DNA from: a bacterium
GTDB taxonomy: Bacteria > UBA8248 > JACPRG01 > G963555815
Reading direction: 5' to 3'
NCBI GenBank assembly: GCA_965218795.1
Contig: OZ244653.1
Coordinates: 5,110,046-5,174,045, forward strand
DNA length: 64,000 nucleotides
Shown here: positions 58,498 through 64,000 of the stretch, piece after piece
How positions within the stretch are numbered: the first letter of the stretch is position 1
How the letters are laid out: the number at the start of each line of letters is the position of its first letter
The notes under the pieces: generated by a model
Told to the model about the DNA's origin: nothing
Seen by the model: the letters and a program-made list of their open reading frames with translations, nothing else
Databases searched by the model: none
Program-made: the position numbers and the translations under genes

Positions 58498-58815
58498 GTG
58501 GCCTTTTGTGCGACCCCCATTCATTCGGATGCAGGCCTGAATCAAGTCTTCAATAAAATAATGCACGATGAGGCGTTCCGGGAATTTTTCATCGAAGACC
58601 GGGACAAGGCCGTGGTCCCCTTCAACCTGACCATCAAGGAGCGCGAAGCCCTCGATACCCTCAAGCCGACCAACATGGTGGAGCACGGGGCCCATCCTAT
58701 GCTCGTGGTCATGGCCCTTTGGCGGTTGGAGTTGGACGGGCTGCTCCCCTCCTATACGCCCTACGGTGTCCCGAAGTCGATCGACCCGGAAGATCCTGAA
58801 TACACGTATTACTAA
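58498..58815 (+). CDS. LigA-like small dioxygenase subunit
   Basis: LN..F......AFRE.F..D......F.LT..E..AL......M...GAHP, adjacent to the ligB-like gene. Confidence 0.7.
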   Translation: MAFCATPIHSDAGLNQVFNKIMHDEAFREFFIEDRDKAVVPFNLTIKEREALDTLKPTNMVEHGAHPMLVVMALWRLELDGLLPSYTPYGVPKSIDPEDPEYTYY

Positions 58816-58912
58816 CCGAAGCGTTGCGCGACATGCGGCGGGTCCATCCGATCACAGTCTAGCTCTGCCTGGGGGGGCGAGACGCGGGGAGAGACGGATG
58901 CGGAAGGACGGG

Positions 58913-59686
58913 CTACTTGGCCGTTTGGCCGCCGTCCACCGGCAGCACGGCTCCGGTGATGTAGTCTGACATTGGGGAAGCGAGGAACAGGATGGCCGCC
59001 GCCACGTCCTTCGGCCGGCCCGGCCGGCGCAGGGGGACGTTCTGGAGGATGTACTTTTGGCCGGATTCCGACCCCAGGAAATCCCGGCTCATGTCGGTCA
59101 AGATGTAGCCGGGGCAGACCGCATTGACGTTGATCCCGTCCTTGGCCAGTTCCACGGCCATCGTCCGAGTCAAGGAAAGAAGACCTCCCTTGGCCGCGGC
59201 GTAGGCGGATAACCCCGGCATCCCCACCAGCGCGGAGACGGAGATCACGTTGATGATCCTCCCGCCGCCCGCCTTCCGCATGGCCTCAACCGCCTCCTGG
59301 GCGCAAAGATAGGCTGCTCGAAGATTGACGACTTGGGTCTGATCCCAGTCCTCCAGGCTGGTGTCCTTGAACGGCTTGCCGATTCCGATCCCCGCATTGT
59401 TCACGAGGATGTGGAGTGCGCCGAAGGTCTTCGTTGTTTCCGAGATGATTCGCCGGATCGCGTCCGGATCGGACAGGTCCGCCGTCAGGATGAGGTGATT
59501 TGGGCTTTCTCCATCGGGGAGGGATGCGGCTTCCCGCGCCTCCGTGGCCGCGGCCGCGAGAGCGCTCCGGTCCCGGCCCACCAGGACCACCCGCGCGCCC
59601 GCTGCCGCCAGTGCAACGGCGGCAGCGCGGCCAATCCCTCGGCTGGCGCCGGTGATCAGGGCCACTTGTCCGCGGAGGTCATCCAT
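58913..59686 (-). CDS. Short-chain dehydrogenase/reductase
   Basis: TGASRGIG, NNAG, YAAAK, VDGG. Confidence 0.93.
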   Translation of the reverse strand: MDDLRGQVALITGASRGIGRAAAVALAAAGARVVLVGRDRSALAAAATEAREAASLPDGESPNHLILTADLSDPDAIRRIISETTKTFGALHILVNNAGIGIGKPFKDTSLEDWDQTQVVNLRAAYLCAQEAVEAMRKAGGGRIINVISVSALVGMPGLSAYAAAKGGLLSLTRTMAVELAKDGINVNAVCPGYILTDMSRDFLGSESGQKYILQNVPLRRPGRPKDVAAAILFLASPMSDYITGAVLPVDGGQTAK

Positions 59687-59904
59687 CCCCCCCTGCCTGC
59701 CGCTCGGATCGATTTTTTCAAACCTCCCCCGGTTGGTTCGCTCCCTATGCTACCCCCGAGAATCGTGCCGCATCAATGCGGGGTCGTCATCGATCCAAGA
59801 CGTCAATGGGCCGCCGGGCCCCACCGGCGCAGCGGTGCTCGTCAGGTCGAGGGACGAGAGGTGGGCGCACTCATGCAGCCCAGGTTCAGAATCATGGTGT
59901 CGGT

Positions 59905-59928
59905 CCGTTCCCGGGATGCCGGGAACGG
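59905..59928. terminator. Perfect 10-bp GC hairpin downstream of the HpaB-family gene
   Basis: CCGTTCCCGG-GATG-CCGGGAACGG, with no U-tract. Confidence 0.4.
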
Positions 59929-59965
59929 CCACGCGGGTAAAGGAGACTTTGCGCGGAAGTTCTCC

Positions 59966-61405
59966 TTACGGACCTTCGAGGGAATTCAGGACCAGCTCTT
60001 TGCACCGCTCCAGGTCGTAATCCCGGTACGTCGTGAGGGTCTGGGCCTCCAGGGACCCCTCTCCGTGGAGGGAGACGACGTAGTTGTAGCCTCCGAACTC
60101 GGATGCCGTCAGATCCTTGATGAGATTGAACAACTTGAGACGGTTTTCCGTGGAGATGGAGGGGGCGCCGCGCAGGTATTTCTCCAAGAGTCCGTGCACC
60201 TCGGGGTTTTGATAGTCCACCTCGGAAGGCTGCGTGATGACCAGGCCGCCGGCGATGTCCTGAAGGATTCGGCAGGCCTCATGAAAGTGGCTGGCGAAGT
60301 AATGCTTCCCGACGTTCAGGTACACTGAGTTCGGGGCCATGATCCCCGGCTCCATCGGCTCGCAATCGAGCGCGGCCGATTTCGTGCAGGCGCGGATGAT
60401 CTCCGTGTACGTGATCAGTCGGGTGATCTTGTCACGGATGTGAGCGGAGCTTCCCACTCCGTTGGCTTCCGCGATGAGCTGCGCCGCGCCGATGAGAATG
60501 TCCCCGGTCGGAGCTTTGTAGCTGATGGCCGTGAAGCGGTGGAAGCGGGCGAACAGTCCCGCCAGGGCGCCACCGAATTTCCACTCACCCGCGAGGTACA
60601 CGCGGTCCCAGGGAACGAAGACGTCATCGAAAATCGTGACCGATTCGGTCTCGATGTGATACCGGCTGATGGGGTAGTCGAAGGCGCTCTGGTCCCGGTG
60701 TGTCGTCGTGCGGCAGACGAGCTTCAGCCCCTCCGTCGCAACCGGCACGGAAAAGGCCACGGCGTAGTCGGCGTCCTCTTCGGTCATGGCCCGGGTGGGC
60801 AGAACGATGATCTCGTCCACCACCGGTCCCATGGTCGTGTGGGCCTTGGCTCCCCGGACGACGATGCCGTCCTCCCGCCGGGCGACGATCCGAACGTACA
60901 GGTCCGGATCCTCCTGCTGATGGGGGCGCTTGCTCCTGTCGCCTTTGACATCGGTCTGGGCCACGGCCAGGCTGAGGTCGCCCTCCCGGCAGCGATCCCG
61001 AAAGGCCGCCACGCGGGAGGCGTAGTCCGTTCCATTCGCCCCGTCCAGGTGATGGGCGATGACCGTCAGGGCGAACAAGGCGTCCGACCCGATGGCCTTG
61101 ATGATGTTCAGGACGCTTCGGGCGCCTTCCGTGGTCCTCTCGATCAGCTCGGCCCGGCGCAGAAGATCCTCCCTGCTCTCGGGAAAGGCGAAGTACCGGC
61201 TGTACGGGGAGGCCTCCCCTTCGGATACGACGAAGAGGTCGCGGAGGTCCTTCTGTTGCGCAAGGCGGAAGACGGAGGAGCCGTGCTCCGCGCAGATCCC
61301 AAGGACGGGGTGGCTCGTAACGTCGTCCACGCGCTCGCCCCCCTGATAGACCGTCCGCCCGTCCCGCAAACCCGCCACGTATTCTTCCGGGGATCGAATC
61401 CCCAT
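59966..61405 (-). CDS. 4-hydroxyphenylacetate 3-hydroxylase / 4-hydroxybutyryl-CoA dehydratase family
   Basis: EY...LRDGR, QTDVKGDRS, GIVVRGAKAH.T, FDDVFVPW.RV, DIAGG, HGEGS. Confidence 0.88.
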   Translation of the reverse strand: MGIRSPEEYVAGLRDGRTVYQGGERVDDVTSHPVLGICAEHGSSVFRLAQQKDLRDLFVVSEGEASPYSRYFAFPESREDLLRRAELIERTTEGARSVLNIIKAIGSDALFALTVIAHHLDGANGTDYASRVAAFRDRCREGDLSLAVAQTDVKGDRSKRPHQQEDPDLYVRIVARREDGIVVRGAKAHTTMGPVVDEIIVLPTRAMTEEDADYAVAFSVPVATEGLKLVCRTTTHRDQSAFDYPISRYHIETESVTIFDDVFVPWDRVYLAGEWKFGGALAGLFARFHRFTAISYKAPTGDILIGAAQLIAEANGVGSSAHIRDKITRLITYTEIIRACTKSAALDCEPMEPGIMAPNSVYLNVGKHYFASHFHEACRILQDIAGGLVITQPSEVDYQNPEVHGLLEKYLRGAPSISTENRLKLFNLIKDLTASEFGGYNYVVSLHGEGSLEAQTLTTYRDYDLERCKELVLNSLEGP

Positions 61406-61453
61406 CGCTCCATCCTCCCTTTGAAATGAGATGCCGGGGAAAATGCCGGGTTT

Positions 61454-62785
61454 CTATGAATCACCCCGATGATCGATCAGCCGCTTGGCCTTGTGCGTGG
61501 TTCGCTCCAGCGTCCCAAAGGGCTTCAGCTCCACCTCCGGGGAAACCAGCAGGGTCTCGCGCAACCGACGCCGGACCTTGTCGTGGAGGGCGGAGACGTC
61601 CCCCTCGTCCTTCAGGTGTTCCGCCACAACGGTACAGGCGTCCGCGCCGCTCTTGTCATCTTTGGTGAGAACGATTTGAAACTCGTCGCCCAGCTCCTCC
61701 ATCCCCCGGATGACGTCTTCCACTTGGATGGGATAAAACTTGGCGCCCCTGTATACCACCATGTCGTCGCGGCGGCCGAGGATTCCGCCCGGCAGCCGGG
61801 CATGGGTTCGGCCGCACGCGCACGGCGAGGTGTCCAGGCGGGCGAAATCGTTGGTCCAGTAGCGGATCATCGGCGAGGCCTCGCGCGTCAGATGCGTGAC
61901 GACCAGGACGCCGGTCTCCCCCTCCGGCGCGGGTTGCAAAGTCTCCGGGTCGATAATCTCAATGAGGTGATGGTCCTCCGCCCAGTGAAGACCCGCCTTG
62001 GCCGCGCACTCCGCCGCGCAGGTGGGATGGATCTCGCTGAGACCGTAAATGTCAAAGGCGTCGATGCCCAGGCCGCTTTCGATCTTCGCGCGGGTGCCCC
62101 CGGTCTCCGTCCCGCCTTCGCCGCCGAACATGCCGATCCGCAATGGGATCGATTCCGGATCGACCCCTTCCTCCCGCATCCGCTCGGCGATGTGCAGGGC
62201 ATAGGAGGGAGTGGCCAGAAAGACCGTGGAGCCCGCGTTCTGGAAATACCAGATCTGGCGATCGGTCATCGTGGCGCCGATGGGCACAACGAAACATCGT
62301 AAAAACTCGGCCGCGTAGTGTACGGCGAGCCCCGCAATCCAGAGCCCATAGCTGAAGGCGTTCTGGATGACGTGGCCCGGCCGCGTTCCGCCCTGCCAGA
62401 GCATCCTGGCGGTGAAGTCGGCGATGGTGCGGCTGTCCTGGAAAGACCACAGGGTGTGAACGGGCCGGCCGGTCGTGCCGGTTGATGGATGAAGCTCACG
62501 AACCTCGGAGGAGGGGGCGACGACATAGCGCCCGAAGGGGGGATGGGCCGCCTGTTCGTCCCGCAACTCCTGCTTGTGAACGAAGGGAAGGTTCCTCATG
62601 TCATCCAGGCCGCGAAGGTCATCGGGCTTGAACCCGACGGCCTGGAATTTTTCCCGGTAAAAGGCCGAATTCTCCCAACACCGCTGGACCTGGTCAAGGA
62701 GGCGCCGGTGTTGCAAGGCATGCAATTCATCGCGGCTGAGGGTTTCCACATCGGGGTCGTAGAACGACGATTGCTTCCCGGTCAA
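61454..62785 (-). CDS. Phenylacetate-CoA ligase family
   Basis: STGTTGRP, YGL...G, TPSYA, YGLSE, P.IRY.T.D, GRRDDM, KAKR.ID.R. Confidence 0.92.
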   Translation of the reverse strand: MTGKQSSFYDPDVETLSRDELHALQHRRLLDQVQRCWENSAFYREKFQAVGFKPDDLRGLDDMRNLPFVHKQELRDEQAAHPPFGRYVVAPSSEVRELHPSTGTTGRPVHTLWSFQDSRTIADFTARMLWQGGTRPGHVIQNAFSYGLWIAGLAVHYAAEFLRCFVVPIGATMTDRQIWYFQNAGSTVFLATPSYALHIAERMREEGVDPESIPLRIGMFGGEGGTETGGTRAKIESGLGIDAFDIYGLSEIHPTCAAECAAKAGLHWAEDHHLIEIIDPETLQPAPEGETGVLVVTHLTREASPMIRYWTNDFARLDTSPCACGRTHARLPGGILGRRDDMVVYRGAKFYPIQVEDVIRGMEELGDEFQIVLTKDDKSGADACTVVAEHLKDEGDVSALHDKVRRRLRETLLVSPEVELKPFGTLERTTHKAKRLIDHRGDS

Positions 62786-62887
62786 CGAAGGCTCCTTCCC
62801 CGACCGCTGTGATCTTTTTCCGGCCGCCGCTGTGACGGGGGCGGAATCTCCATTTCCGATTCTCTTCCCCCCGAGTCCGGCGCTCGA

Positions 62888-63541
62888 TTATGGAGCTTCG
62901 ACCTTGTCGACGATTTCCCCCCGCTCAATCGTATAGATCTGTTCAGCGAATTGGATCCGCCTCTCATCGGACTCCGCCATGAGCACGGAAATCCCTTCCC
63001 GCTGAAGAGCCTGGATCGTCCGGGCCAGCTTTTCTCCCATGGCGGGCGAGAGCCCCTCAAAAGGCTCGTCCAGCAACAGGACCCTGGTTCCGCTCATCAG
63101 GGCCCGGGCGAGGGCCACCATTTTTTGTTGGCCCCCGCTCAACTGGGTGGCCCTTCGAGCGGCCATCTCCCGAACGTCGGGCATCAGCTCATAGATGTGG
63201 GCCAGCCGGTCCTCGCCTCTTTCCTGACGAGTGGCCCAGGCCGGCAGCATGACGTTGTCCTCCACGGTCAGGGCGCCGATGAGTCGCCGCTCTTCGGGCA
63301 TATAGCCGATGCCCAGGTGAGCCCGCAAGTGACCCGGCACCTGGAGGAGGTCCGTGCCGTCTACTTCGATCTTCCCGGCCGAAACGTTGAGAATCCCCAT
63401 GATGCTCTTGAGGGTGGTGGTCTTGCCGGCCCCGTTGCGGCCCACCAGACCGATGAGCCCCGCCGGGGGCACATGCAAGGTGATCCCCCGCAAGATGACG
63501 AAGCCCCGGATTTTGACGTGGATTCCGTCCACCCGCAGCAT
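62888..63541 (-). CDS. livF: Branched-chain amino acid-type ABC ATPase (LivF-like)
   Basis: GRNGAGKTT, LSGGQ, LLLDEP.EGL.P. Confidence 0.88.
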   Translation of the reverse strand: MLRVDGIHVKIRGFVILRGITLHVPPAGLIGLVGRNGAGKTTTLKSIMGILNVSAGKIEVDGTDLLQVPGHLRAHLGIGYMPEERRLIGALTVEDNVMLPAWATRQERGEDRLAHIYELMPDVREMAARRATQLSGGQQKMVALARALMSGTRVLLLDEPFEGLSPAMGEKLARTIQALQREGISVLMAESDERRIQFAEQIYTIERGEIVDKVEAP

Positions 63542-63543
63542 GG

Positions 63544-64000
63544 CTACTCCCGTCCGAGCACCGCCATGCGGACCTCGCGGTCCGCCAGGACGGCTTGGGG
63601 TTGGCCGTCGGCGATGACCTTGCCGTTGTCGAACGCGAGCACCCTGCGGCCATACCGGTGTACGACGTCCATGTCGTGCTCCACGAAGATGGTGGTGATG
63701 TTGGTCTCTTCCAGGATCGGCACCAGGGTATCCATGACCTGAAATTTATCCTCGATGCTGACACCGCTGGTGGGTTCGTCCATGAGGAGGAGGGTAGGCT
63801 TCAGGGCGAAGGAGAGGGCGATGTCAAGAAGCTTCCGGCCACCCTCGGGAAGCACAGCCACCGGTCGATTGGCGTAGACCTTCAGGCCGAAGCGCTCCAG
63901 GGTTTCCAGGGCCTCCTTGGACCGGCGTGAGCGGTACAGGGGTTGCCAGAAGCCGGTGCTCTCCCCCTCCTGAGCCGCCAAGGACAGCAGGACGTTCTCC
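63544..64000 (-). CDS. livG: ABC ATPase (LivG-like), 5' end outside the window
   Basis: LPEG.RKLLDIA, LMDEPTSG, VEHDM. Confidence 0.85.
   Translation of the reverse strand, partial: ENVLLSLAAQEGESTGFWQPLYRSRRSKEALETLERFGLKVYANRPVAVLPEGGRKLLDIALSFALKPTLLLMDEPTSGVSIEDKFQVMDTLVPILEETNITTIFVEHDMDVVHRYGRRVLAFDNGKVIADGQPQAVLADREVRMAVLGRE

Noticed and set aside
59740-59945. 6S RNA or riboswitch between the SDR and HpaB-family genes
   Set aside because: Local hairpins exist, but there is no end-to-end rod or known consensus.
1480-63742. Many long antisense or alternate-frame ORFs (for example 1480-2739, 12624-13817, 37382-38440, 56875-58323)
   Set aside because: Shadows of real genes, expected at high GC, with no recognisable motifs.

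Overview
GC-rich bacterial chromosomal window. Taxon cannot be determined here. A secreted ankyrin protein and many catabolic paralogues suggest a marine invertebrate or sponge symbiont, which is inference only. Content in order: ankyrin gene with REP-like repeats and an IS481 remnant (1-1.4 kb); CoA transferase, tRNA-Val(CAC), queC and a divergent pyrK-pyrD pair with a PLP aldolase-like gene; a ~20 kb uncharacterised GntR-associated catabolic island (8.8-28.6 kb); a decayed, partly AT-rich defence island (28.6-35.3 kb); a selenocysteine-containing SelD with an in-frame TGA; a second Mo-hydroxylase; mlaED-tolC-mlaC plus an archaeal-type riboflavin kinase; gcvT; a radical SAM gene; ligBA-like dioxygenase genes; and a partial liv/paaK-like/HpaB-family operon. 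The catabolic island holds two cyclic amidohydrolases, a nitrilase-LLM fusion, a CoA beta-oxidation/lyase module, a UbiD, a Mo-hydroxylase and a cyclase pseudogene. In the defence island one IS630 joins a truncated Mrr gene to an MmeI C-terminal fragment, followed by a second MmeI fragment, an orphan ORF and a frameshifted HicA. Three otherwise intact genes appear to lack an ATG/GTG/TTG start and have ACG or ATT at the expected position. No CRISPR array or rRNA was seen. All protein calls come from motif recognition by eye, with no database search.
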